Below the pieces are notes generated by a model. The model saw only the letters and a program-made list of their open reading frames with translations. It did no database searches and was not told where the DNA came from. DNA of 20,000 bases from Catajapyx aquilonaris (taxonomy: Eukaryota). Shown one piece after another: positions 1 to 9,822 of this stretch (position 1 is its first letter; the number at the start of each line of letters is the position of its first letter). The stretch is from NCBI GenBank assembly GCA_000934665.2, contig KZ538413.1, forward strand, positions 53,602 through 73,601, written 5' to 3'. Made by a program: the position numbers and the translations under genes.

Positions 1-1425
1 CCTGAGAGTCGAGAGTTTTCCTCCCTGACCAATTGTGTATTGAAAAGACGGAGTAGGAAACGGTTCTTATTTACGACTAGCATCTGTTATAAAATTACAT
101 TGTGGCATATTATTGTGTTTCCATAGGTTCTCACTCTGAAGCCTAAAGCTCGGGGATCTCTATGGAAGGAAAATTACCGTATTCATAAAATACTCTCAAC
201 TGCTTCAACCAGGGGGGAGTCAAAATCACGAGGATGCCTGCACAGTGAGAGGTTATCTGGGAAACCCGATATTTCCATCCAGACTTGTTTTGGTTACCCC
301 ACCACGACTTCCCCCACTCCAAGAAGAAACCCCCCTGTTGCCGGACGTCCTAATCTCCTAAACCTAAACGAATATTATCATGATTGAAGTGAAGGGTTAT
401 ATCTTCAATTTTCATAAAAGCTATTCCGTTAAAATACTCTGATTTATATTCTACAAGTTACAGGGAAAAAGAACAGAGTACAAGATGTTTCAGATATCAC
501 TTGAAAGTAATAATGCCCAAAAACAGTTTGCACTTCTGCTAGATACAAGTGAAGATTGCAGGCTTCCGAGTAAACACAAACCCATAACTAACACACATAC
601 AAACAACCTAACAAAGAACCAATGCAATATTATAAAGTCGCTTATGGTGTGAAAATAAAAACGCATGTTTTTACTTACGTTCTTTAAAATATAAATGCAC
701 TTGTTAAAATTTTGTGAGCATAATAAATGTACACGAGCGATAAAAATGCACTATACAGTATAACTATATACAGTTGCCCCATTCCGTGGAGAGGTGCAAA
801 GGTGATGCGAACTGGACAGGTTGGAAGGTGGGGTAACCTCTAGAGACGCGGGGGTTTCTTTCTAGCCAGGCCACTGACCTTCTCAACTAGCCTTTGTCCT
901 GTTCTATTTTCGGACTCTTGTGCGCTTTGCAGCTGTAATTTTAGAACCTGAACCGGATTCTTAGGTTTATCCCTTACAAGCTGATGACACATACCGCGTC
1001 GCTCCAGAACATTCCAGCTTGACTGACCTGGGGGCAGATCAAATTTTACTGCCATGTCCAGCTAACAGACCACCACGTTGAGAGAAAATTACTACAGCTT
1101 ACATTATCCAAAAATAGGTACCGTAGTATTTCGAGGACAATAAGGCGTGTCGACGTTCAGTGATCTTTGGCAACATTTACTACTAATGATCTAGAAGTAA
1201 TTATCAAGTCACAAGCGAAGGATTAAATGAATTTCCTGGCCATCTGGGACATACGTGGGCACAAATATAATCCATGCAAAAAAAAAATTGCAATGTGGAA
1301 TGAGGCAATTGAGAGTACTTGCAGTGAGAGTTGCAGCGCTGGTCGGGCTATAAATTACCCAGGAATTGGCATAATTCATTTTGACACGAATTAATTCTAT
1401 TTAAAAATGAAAATAATTCAGAATT

Positions 1426-1769
1426 GGGGTTAGTGCTCCGCCCATTGATGGGCATCTGACAGGGTACCGTACCTTTTTGCTTTTAGGTGTACAGCCAATA
1501 CATTTTTGGCCCTTTTCCGTAACGCCCGGGTACCGCGAGCGATAGGGGATGACAGGAGGGGATGTGCAAAGTGCAGGTGCAATGTCGAACGTGGTACATT
1601 TTGTGAACTTCCCAGGGTGGATTTGTCTATCGGAGATTACACCCGAGACGAAGCCAGAGATGGACCAAACTTTGCACGAGAATGAATGGGGTGTCCCCGG
1701 GCTGGGATCGAACCCGGGACCTTAACATCCGTGGGTGCGTATGTTACCGCAGCGCCACTCCGCCTCCCT
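1426..1769 (-). mobile_element. tRNA-derived SINE
   Basis: Minus strand head GGGAGGCGGAG-TGGCGCTGCGG (A box)...GGTTCGATCCC (B box, in the stem CCGGG...), then a ~270-nt non-tRNA body. GAATT on both sides (1421-1425, 1770-1774) may be a short TSD. Confidence 0.75.
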
Positions 1770-1991
1770 GAATTAATTCTATTCTGCTCCACCGAGAACT
1801 TGGCAGGTTGTGGGGCCTTCAATCAAATTCCATTCGACTTCAATTCGTTGCTGTACAACTGAATTTAATTGTTCAATTCAATTTACAATATTCAGTTCAA
1901 TTGGGTTTTTAATGCTATTGGTTATTCAATATTCGCATTCGTCAAAATTTTCATTCCACATTTACTCTCCATTCGTTTGTTATCTGTTCAC

Positions 1992-2058
<67 letters not shown>

Positions 2059-2079
2059 GTTATTATCATCATTATCATC
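1992..2079 (+). repeat. (ATT)n microsatellite, perfect to ~2058 then degenerate (ATC)
   Basis: Directly visible. Produces the spurious poly-Ile and poly-Tyr ORFs. Confidence 0.98.
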
Positions 2080-2081
2080 TA

Positions 2082-2751
2082 TGTGCAGCCAATAACAGCA
2101 GTTTACTACGAGAGTCTAGTTGCAAAAAATATGCCTCCAGCTCTCAAGGCAGTGCTTGACGATGCCATCATTAATCGTGAATTTTTTGAAGGCGCGGTCT
2201 CTTAATTGTCGATTATTTTCTTTACTGTGCGAAAATGCGAAGCGAACATGTAACCTTGCTACTTGGCATCAAGGTCCAGTGGCTGTCAAGAGGGAAGGTG
2301 CTGAGTTGCGCAACGAACTGCAATATTATTTTTCTTGGACGTTGGACCACCCAATTCATTTGTCGTCGTGTTTTGAAAATAAACTCTGGCCGCAGACCTT
2401 GATCTACCTGACCGAAATTTTCGCGACTCAAAGGATTAAACTTAGGGCTTCAAGGCATCACCACCAATACCGGTATATTTAATGTGCAAGACAAAATCGG
2501 ATGAATGATCAATAAGTTCCAGTTTTGGGAATGTTGGGTGCATGGAAGCTCCGGAGTACTTATTACCATTTGTTACAAACTGCACACATATTTATGTGAA
2601 GCTGGTTTTTTCGGCATTAACATCCAGGAAAATAAAGTACCGTCATCGACACTATGTTGAGAAAAACCCCAGGCTTAAATTGACGCCACTTGTTCCAAAA
2701 TTGACCATAATGATGTGTGAAAGAAAGCAGCAAGCACACCCATCACACTAA
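2082..2751 (+). pseudogene. Degenerate hAT Buster/Charlie-type (ZBED5/SCAND3-like) transposase fragment
   Basis: Frameshifted pieces in family order: ESLVAKNMPPALKAVLDDA, IVNFLKARSLNCRLFSLLCE, VQWLSRGKVL (2274-2303), ELRNELQYYF, IYLTEIF, IFNVQDKI, LLPFVT, FSALTSRKIKYRHR, and the diagnostic C-terminus QAHPSH*. Confidence 0.9.
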
Positions 2752-2896
2752 GTGATAAGTGCCCACAATTGCTATTATTAGGTAACAGGATCGGAATGGG
2801 GGTACTGTACAGTACAAACTGTCCTGACCACGGTGGTCTTGACATAAATTATGTAAAAATGGGTACGCTAAAAAAAACCAAGTTTGGGGACCACTG
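2082..2896 (+). mobile_element. 5'-truncated, internally deleted hAT (Buster/Charlie) DNA transposon with right TIR
   Basis: Transposase remnant followed by AGTTTGGGGACCACTG (2881-2896), whose reverse complement CAGTGGTCCCCAAACT is a typical Charlie/Buster terminus. No left TIR seen. Confidence 0.8.
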
Positions 2897-2914
2897 ACTT
2901 GGAGCATTATTAAC

Positions 2915-3045
2915 ATGAAGAAATATACATTCCAGATCAGTGTGTTTTTTATTTCTATAATATCCTATTTCCCAATTGGAAATGGAAAATTAAAATATGT
3001 AGAAAATATAACTCGCGCAATTATGATTCTTTCTGAAACACCCTG
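2915..3045. mobile_element. Solo right end of a CAGGGTG-type Tc1/mariner element
   Basis: ...TTCTGAAACACCCTG-TA at 3031-3047 has the same terminus class as the other MITEs. No partner end found and the inner boundary is approximate. Confidence 0.45.
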
Positions 3046-3589
3046 TACAGAATATGAGTTGGGGAGAAGGGTCCCTCATATATATTCAATCTTCGGCAAA
3101 CATGTTACACATGCGAATAAGTCAATCAGATAATAAGGTAATTAATATTGCACTTGTTTCATTCGAAGAACTCTGCTTTGTGAACTGAACATTTTTCGCA
3201 ATATGTGATGTATTAGCCTAAGTGGTTACTCGCTTATTGTAATATACAATAACATGGCATGAACAGACCCGGACAGATACGTCGCCAAGGTGTCTAGTTT
3301 CCATCCGCCAGATATGAACCATGATAACAAACTTGGCCCAATAATCTATCCTCCCTGCAGGCAACAAAACGACAGTACCCGTCAAATTTCCCACCTTATC
3401 TCAACGACGCCGAAATGTCCCCACCAACCCTTTCACTTTTGGGAGTCAAAGTTGATAATACTGACTAACGCATATGATGCAACATTTCCTGTCTTGCAAT
3501 CAGGACACTCAACCCCCCCCCCTCCCCACCCACAGCAAAGAGATATCTTTTACCTACCTTGTCCTTTTACCTCAAGCCATGAAAAGACG

Positions 3590-3807
3590 TAATATGATTG
3601 GTGAGGACAGTCCAGGTTTGGAGAAAACCCCGGGTAAAAGTAGCGTGAACCCTCTCCCCCCACCCCTTCCACTATCTCCCCCCTCTCCTTCCTAACATTC
3701 ATGCCTACCTCCCGATACACAGCAGCCATTCGACCCGCAGTCTTCGAACTGTCCATAACGTGTCGTGCTGGTGGTTCTTTCTTGTACTTCGAAACTAACT
3801 AGTGAGT
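3590..3807 (+). promoter_or_regulatory. Possible distal promoter plus non-coding first exon ending at 3801
   Basis: Locally GC/CpG-richer block with reverse CCAAT (ATTGG 3597-3601) and a C-rich tract. Perfect donor GTGAGT at 3802-3807, followed by an abrupt switch to AT-rich sequence. Confidence 0.3.
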
Positions 3808-4615
3808 ATCGAATCAAAGTGTGCATTAAATTGCCCTGCGATATTTTTTTCAAGTTAAAAATAATTTAAAAAATATTTTGTGAGAATGTGTGACGAAATA
3901 GTGACACTGTACATATTCCTCACTGGGTCCTATTTTTATATCGGATTGGGGATTTCAAATGCTTCTTGACGTGTTGTTAGGAATTAATTTGGGTGAGTGG
4001 AAAAAAAAGTGGTTTAATGGCTACAAACACAGCTATTTTAACATGTCGAATTTAACCATTTTCTAGCATTTAACTTACTGTTTGCATTACGACATATGGG
4101 AACGGAATGGAAGTGGATGCAATATTACCGTTAATTCATTTTTATTTTTGATGTAGGCGACTGCTCTAAGACATAGTGGCTGCTTGTCAGCATTACGAGT
4201 CAGCATTTAGGTAGCATCAAAGAGCAAGATTGAGCTTGCATTATTGGTTACGGGCTTCGGATTTTTACTAATCCTGATGGCCAGTTTCACAAGGCATCCA
4301 CAGATGCCAAAATGTCATTGGAAATAATTTGTACTTTGCTACATTCCCCAATATTCTGAGCAAGTTGTAGGCTTTAAGTTCATGACAATCAGTAAGCATC
4401 TCATCAGACTTTCAAAAGTATACTACCTAGTATAACTTTCCATATTAATATCAGTGGCCCAATTATGGAAAGGGTCTGCATTTATGCAAGTGAAATAATT
4501 TTTTCAAACATCATCCTTATATGCTACAGGTGGTTAGGTGATCGTTAAAAAAAACTGTGTGAGGATCAGTGTTATAGTTTTTGTGTTCCGCATACAGTTT
4601 TCAAGCGAGGCAGAT

Positions 4616-4636
4616 ATTTATTTATTTATTTATTTA
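4616..4636 (+). repeat. (ATTT)n short tandem repeat
   Basis: Directly visible. Confidence 0.8.
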
Positions 4637-5095
4637 ATTCCGCATTTGATTGCTGCACACTTGTTATTTAAATTAAGTCTGTAGCATTCAATACTCATGA
4701 TATAGTGTATTTATGAAGTCCCAATAACGTAATATCAAATGACGCAGTTAATAATGTGTCATTATTTCGGTGCAACAGGCCTGGAAGAACAACCGAATAG
4801 TAGACATTATCCTAACGTTTTCATTTTAGTCTGAAAGTATAGACTGCAGCTTAATGCATTGACTTAATCGCGTTTTGGCGACATTGCACGCAAGGGCAGT
4901 AATAGGTGAACTGCTGATTGAAGACCGTAAAAATCTAATAAATGATAAAGACTCCCATTAACGTGTTATAATACTGCTTTTGTTATTATATTTTGGCAAT
5001 TTCTAATGTAATCAGGATATACGAAGGCTCTTCAATATTTACGACTTTTATTTTGCTTCCAGTATGCCTATGAAGTATATTAGAAAACTGATGTA

Positions 5096-5200
5096 CAGGG
5101 TGCTGAAAAGTAACATGCACAAACGAGAGATGGAAGGGGAGGTCTAGGTATATATCGTGAGTCTCCGCAGCCTAGTTACCGAGAAAATTGGCGCAAGGTA
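5096..5200. mobile_element. Solo left end of a CAGGGTG-type Tc1/mariner element
   Basis: TA-CAGGGTGCTGAAAAGT at 5094-5111. No matching right end found and the inner boundary is approximate. Confidence 0.4.
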
Positions 5201-5419
5201 TCAAATATCCTGGCGGGTATGTGTCCCTCGCGCGACCTAGCCTTTTCCATTTAAATTACAACGCAATTTAAATTTAAGATTCGACCACATTAGGCATTGC
5301 TGAATTTACCCCCCCCCCCCCCGGCCGCCCTTAGTTGAGATCCCCCCCCCCTCCCGTGCCGCTTAAAAATTCCATTTTTCTCTAGAGTTCTCTCCTTTTC
5401 ATTTAATTTCATTTAATTT

Positions 5420-5772
5420 AAAAATATATATTGCAACATATGGCAGCAATTCGGTACTTTGCCTATAGTGGTAACTCCGGCGTTCAAAAATTTGAATTTA
5501 AAAAAATGCTTTCGCCTTTATTTTCTATTATTGTAGCTTCTTTGAAAAATATTTATTGCAACTCGCGGCCGCCCCTAGGCAATATTGTCTACTCTGCCTA
5601 ATGGTAAATCCGGCGCTGCTTCCAATTTATTAATTATTAATAAATTATTAACTTATTAATTTATTCTTCGTTTACTTTTTTTTGTATGTCAAAATTTGCC
5701 GCCCCTTGAAATCTTCCGCCCTAGGCAAACTGCCTATATACAGTAGGTTGCCTTGGCGTAAATCCGGCGCTG
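5420..5772. repeat. Three direct, diverged copies of a transposon-end-like unit
   Basis: Units end in GTAACTCCGGCGTT (5471-5484), GTAAATCCGGCGCTG (5604-5618) and GTAAATCCGGCGCTG (5758-5772). Each is preceded by TGCCT, and copies 2 and 3 also by CCCTAGGCAA. Confidence 0.75.
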
Positions 5773-7230
5773 ACATTAGATGTAGTAGGCAATGGCCTCG
5801 TCTGTGGAAGTGTCGTAAGCTGTAATCCGAGACATAAAAGATGTTACATTGTGATCCATATTTGTTGCGCTCCGCCAGTAGCCGCTAATGAATGCACACC
5901 TATTCAATTTAATAAAGGCATTTAAAAAAGCCAGGGCTTTCATGTAGCCTACGTATATTTTTATTTTCTCACGTATGCAATAGACAGGAAGGAAGCATTA
6001 AAAATTGACTTCCCGTACTTATTGCAACGACGCCCTCATATCTCGAACAAAAAGGATAGCCGTCCAGTAAATACAGCAACCGTGTTGGGGGACTTTGCCA
6101 TTTTACAAATCAGCATTAAGATAAACTTATAGTTTAGTGCCAGTTATATCAACTCAAATTAAGGAGCAAATCACTGATTACGTATTGTAAATACCTATTC
6201 ATAATCTGAGATTTTTTTCTCATTTGCGTAAGAAAACACCAGCTCTTGGCATCACATGACACAAAATCTGTCGTGTTATAAGCCCGCATTTCCGCGACAT
6301 ATACAGTACAGTACGTACAAGTTTAGCCCGTTTCAGAAACTAAAGCACGACAATGTATAAGACGTGACCCCTATCAATTATTAATTAAGAAAAATGCCGC
6401 AGCCGTATCACGACACAAATCTCGAAACCAGAATTTTTTTATACAGTATTCTGTTTCTCTCGCAATTTTTTCGGTCCGTGAGATATTTAGTGTGTTGCCT
6501 GCCCAGCTACGTAAGCACGCCTGGCAATAAATTCCGAGTCTTATCCCTGGAAATGTACCGTCCTCAAAATAGTGGTACCAGGAAGACGTGATTAATTCCG
6601 TGCAGAAGTGTGGGAAGTGCATAGGACCTGGTGCTTTGAAGACATTCAAAACTAGCCCCTCCCCCACCCCAACGTCACTCACCTCCCCTGTAGATTATCA
6701 GAGTCCGATGCCACTGGGCGCTGGTACGGGCAGGGGTAATTAATTACAACGTTGGCTTCTCGCAAAACAATTCGGACCGCACAAAAACTATTCGAGACAC
6801 GATTTTTGCTAATGGCCAACCGCATTCCAAATATTTCGGCGGAATCGCTATCAGCCAGTGTTGTCTTAATAGTGGGTGGGTGGTCAGAGGGAGGTCAGCT
6901 AAGAAAATCACGATCAGGATAGCTTGGGAAAAATAATGGAATAAGCAACGAGAGACTGGTGCAGTAATGGATTGGGATCTTTCCGGGAAACGAATAGCGA
7001 AGGCAATTCCGCATGTCCCGATATAATGGAGTGATACACGCATTTGGTCGGGGTGGCAACCTCATTTAATGACTATTTGACAGCACCTGCACCTATTAGA
7101 AACTCACACTCACCACGCCATCACACTACCACACCTTTCATATGACCCCATCCCGCCATAGTCTTACTTATACTCGATTTTTAATGAATGACAACCTAAT
7201 AGAACGAGGATCACATCAGCATGTTTCATA

Positions 7231-7455
7231 CAGGGTGTTCCACATTCGTGGGTCGTTATTTATCACTGATATCGCCCAATAGTAGTTGTTTTTTGTAGCT
7301 TGTTGCGCCCCTAATTAGGTGCCCCATTCTCTAGCAACTGATATATTCGACCTCCTGGGAGCACATGGTTAGGGGCACAACAAGCTACAAAAAAATAACT
7401 ACAATTGGGCGATATCAGTTATAAAAAAAATGACCAACGAATTTGGAACACCCTG
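7231..7455. mobile_element. Tc1/mariner-type MITE, near-palindromic (~95-bp imperfect inverted arms)
   Basis: TA-CAGGGTGTTCCACATTCGT...CTGATATCGCCCAAT...TTGTAGCTTGTTGCGCCCCTAA is mirrored by TTAGGGGCACAACAAGCTACAA...ATTGGGCGATATCAG...ACGAATTTGGAACACCCTG. Confidence 0.9.
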
Positions 7456-7812
7456 TTACCATTGCCGAAACAATAGAATTTTCCAAAAAAATTCGATTAC
7501 CCTGGTAGAAAATGCCCACTTAGGTGCGTCAGGCCCAAAATGTGGCACCCTGGCCTTTTGGGGGGCTTGGAAAGTTAAGTCCAAATTGGTGGCAGAATGC
7601 GTAACAAGAAACGGTTCTTCCGGTAGCCCCCGCAGTGAGACTGACGGGCAATAAAAACAGGCTGCTGGACGTATGTTTCTGATTTACTCTTTTACGATCC
7701 CTTCCGCGACAAGTCCCTACCCTCCCCGCCTTCCCCTAGAAACCCTACACAAAAAAAGAGGGGACCATGTAGAAAAGGCGAAACAGGTCCAGAGTTTGTT
7801 AAAAACAGCGTC

Positions 7813-7950
7813 ATTCATGGAAAAGGAGCGTCAACAGGTGCCTCCTGGTGCGTCCTCGTCTTCTATTGGATCGGGGGGGGGGGGGGGGGGNGGGGGGGGG
7901 CTCATTGATTCTGGCTGGACTTTTCGTTTTACGGTGGCCAGCAGTGTATG
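7813..7950 (+). other. Candidate 5' exon of the giant-like gene ending in the initiator ATG (7948-7950)
   Basis: Inr-like TCATTC at 7811-7816. Ends ...CAGTGTATG|GTGAGC (donor at 7951). In-frame stop TGA at 7906-7908 lies upstream of the ATG. Joining to 9823 gives [10 protein letters not shown] in frame. The 5' boundary is a guess. Confidence 0.45.
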
Positions 7951-8348
7951 GTGAGCAGCAGACAGTATTAGGTTGTCGGATGAAGGCTCCTTCGGCGGAC
8001 ACTCGGAATCTTGTTTGACGGTTAGTGTGTTGTCATTTTCTTGTGAAACGTGCAAACAATGGAAGAAAATCGGAATGCTTGGCTGACGCTTTTCTTATAT
8101 TCTTTTTGGTACCCTCGGGCTCTATTTTAAAAATGTGACTTATCCTGCGATAAAAACATTTTGAAAGTATGTTAAATTTGGGCTAAATAATGTAGGTCGA
8201 TAGAGACTCATGCCATTTTTTCAAAGCGTGATTTTTTTAAAAAAGTGTTCAAAAATTGGTTTCAACCTTTGCCTATACACTAGAACTGATATCGTTTATG
8301 GTTAGCAATATAAGCAGTTTTTCGGGCTGATTTCATTAGACTGAAAAG

Positions 8349-8596
8349 GGCGGCAGGGTGACTAGTGATTTTGACCAGAACCACTTACGATTCAATCCCC
8401 GGACAGGACGAAGGGATTTGCTCATTATGAAAGAAACTTGATGGGTTTTCTCCATGTTCCCATGAATTTTCTTGAAATTTTCTTGTTTCGTGACACTATC
8501 AAAATCCAGTAATATTGAACTACAATTTAATCCGGATGGGAATCGAAAATGTCACCAAAGAGGACACAGGCATACCATGGGTTATCATCATCATCA
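8349..8596 (+). mobile_element. Decayed tRNA-derived SINE in the putative intron
   Basis: GGCGGCAGGGTGACTAGTG head, degenerate B box GATTCAATCCC (~8389-8399), GGGTTTTCTCC body motif and (ATC)n tail at ~8584-8596. Confidence 0.45.
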
Positions 8597-9718
8597 CCTG
8601 TAAATATCAGGGCTTGAAATAATTTTTTAACTTAAGTGATTTTTACTTAATGTGATGCAGTGACCACAATCAATTCCAAAACTGCAAACTTTTTTTAAAT
8701 TACGTTTTATTCGTTACTAATGGGCTGTGAAAATGGCAAACTCGCGTATGCCATAATTTTAAAATTTCTTAATAAGGCTCATCCTGCTGACCAGATAACC
8801 CATGCAGGATGCAGCTTGAATGTTTGGCGAAATCTCCAAAAAGTAAACAAGTATGAGAAATTCGTACGCAGTCTAAATCACAGGGCAGTGCGTATCTTTC
8901 TCACTATACCCTGCATATACGCACAAGGAATAACTGATCAATGGAATCGAAAATGGCACACGTTATACCTATTGCAAATGAGACGATTATACTGTGCTAC
9001 TGCGTCTGTATTCACGTATGAGGTCACACGTGGACGAAACTTGTGAAGTTAGTGTGACTGAAAATTCCAAGCACAATCCAGTTGTCACGAATTTGTTAGT
9101 ACACTTCATATGGAGCACACGTTTGCTTCACTGCCTTCTCCTGGCCCTTTGTTAATGACGTACTCGGCATGTACTTTTTAATCTACTCTTTGGCTTAATT
9201 ATTTAAAAAAAACTCGTACCAAAACAATATAGCAAGTCTACTGATATGAATACTAGGCGGAAACTTTTACATTTGAAATATTTTAGCACAAAAAGTGTTA
9301 CGTCTTACATAGGGTGACAGTAATTGCCGAAGTCCTCACGATAAGGAGATTCTTTGGCATCTTATAAGATAAAAATACTCTTAATTGTAACTATCTGTCT
9401 GACAGGTAATTAAATTACGATTACAATGTAAGAATTGGCCGTAAGAAAATATCCTGCCGTGCATCTCGCCCGTCAAGCAAGCTTGCTAGACATATAGTGT
9501 GATATACAGGATGTTCCCCGTAAACAGTGGTAACTAATCAAAACTTAATTGCGTCACACGCAGTAATTAAGACTTGCCGCTAAAAATAATGGAGATGTTA
9601 TGGCATTAAAAAAATAGTTTCATTATAGGCCAAGGAGATCTCCCTAAGGTGACGTAGATTCGGAGTATATGAGTAGACTAATAATTAATTATTGTTCCGC
9701 TTCCATTCCACATTTCAG

Positions 9719-9724
9719 TGTATG
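9719..9724 (+). other. Candidate 6-nt microexon (TGTATG) supplying the initiator ATG
   Basis: Branch-like ACTAAT 9677-9682, pyrimidine tract, TTTCAG acceptor ending 9718, TGTATG, then donor GTAAAG at 9725. A 98-nt intron to AG 9822 places the ATG in frame. Confidence 0.35.
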
Positions 9725-9822
9725 GTAAAGATTAGGGCATGAAGCGGGTAGTGAAGCGTGACACCTATTTCAACATGTGGCATTCAGCCATTCTGATGTT
9801 CTTAATGTCCCTATTGTTCCAG

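Noticed and set aside
840..1055. 71-aa minus-strand ORF and the other 60-110 aa ORFs outside 2082-2751, 9739-10971 and 19715-20000
   Set aside because: No recognisable domains, and many use non-ATG starts, which are irrelevant in a eukaryote.
1690..1769. Functional tRNA gene
   Set aside because: A and B boxes are present, but there is no proper acceptor or anticodon stem and it continues into a SINE-like body.
1810..2205. Poly-Ile and poly-Tyr ORFs
   Set aside because: Translation of the (ATT)n microsatellite. Only the tail of the poly-Ile frame is transposase remnant.
5420..5772. CRISPR-like repeat-spacer array
   Set aside because: Eukaryotic context, diverged units with long spacing and no cas genes. 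The units resemble transposon ends.
9739..9822. Hydrophobic N-terminal extension of the 410-aa ORF resembling a signal or TM segment (membrane-tethered bZIP)
   Set aside because: Coincides with a T/C-rich tract ending in a good acceptor AG, so it is most simply read-through of an intron. It would matter only if intron retention were shown.
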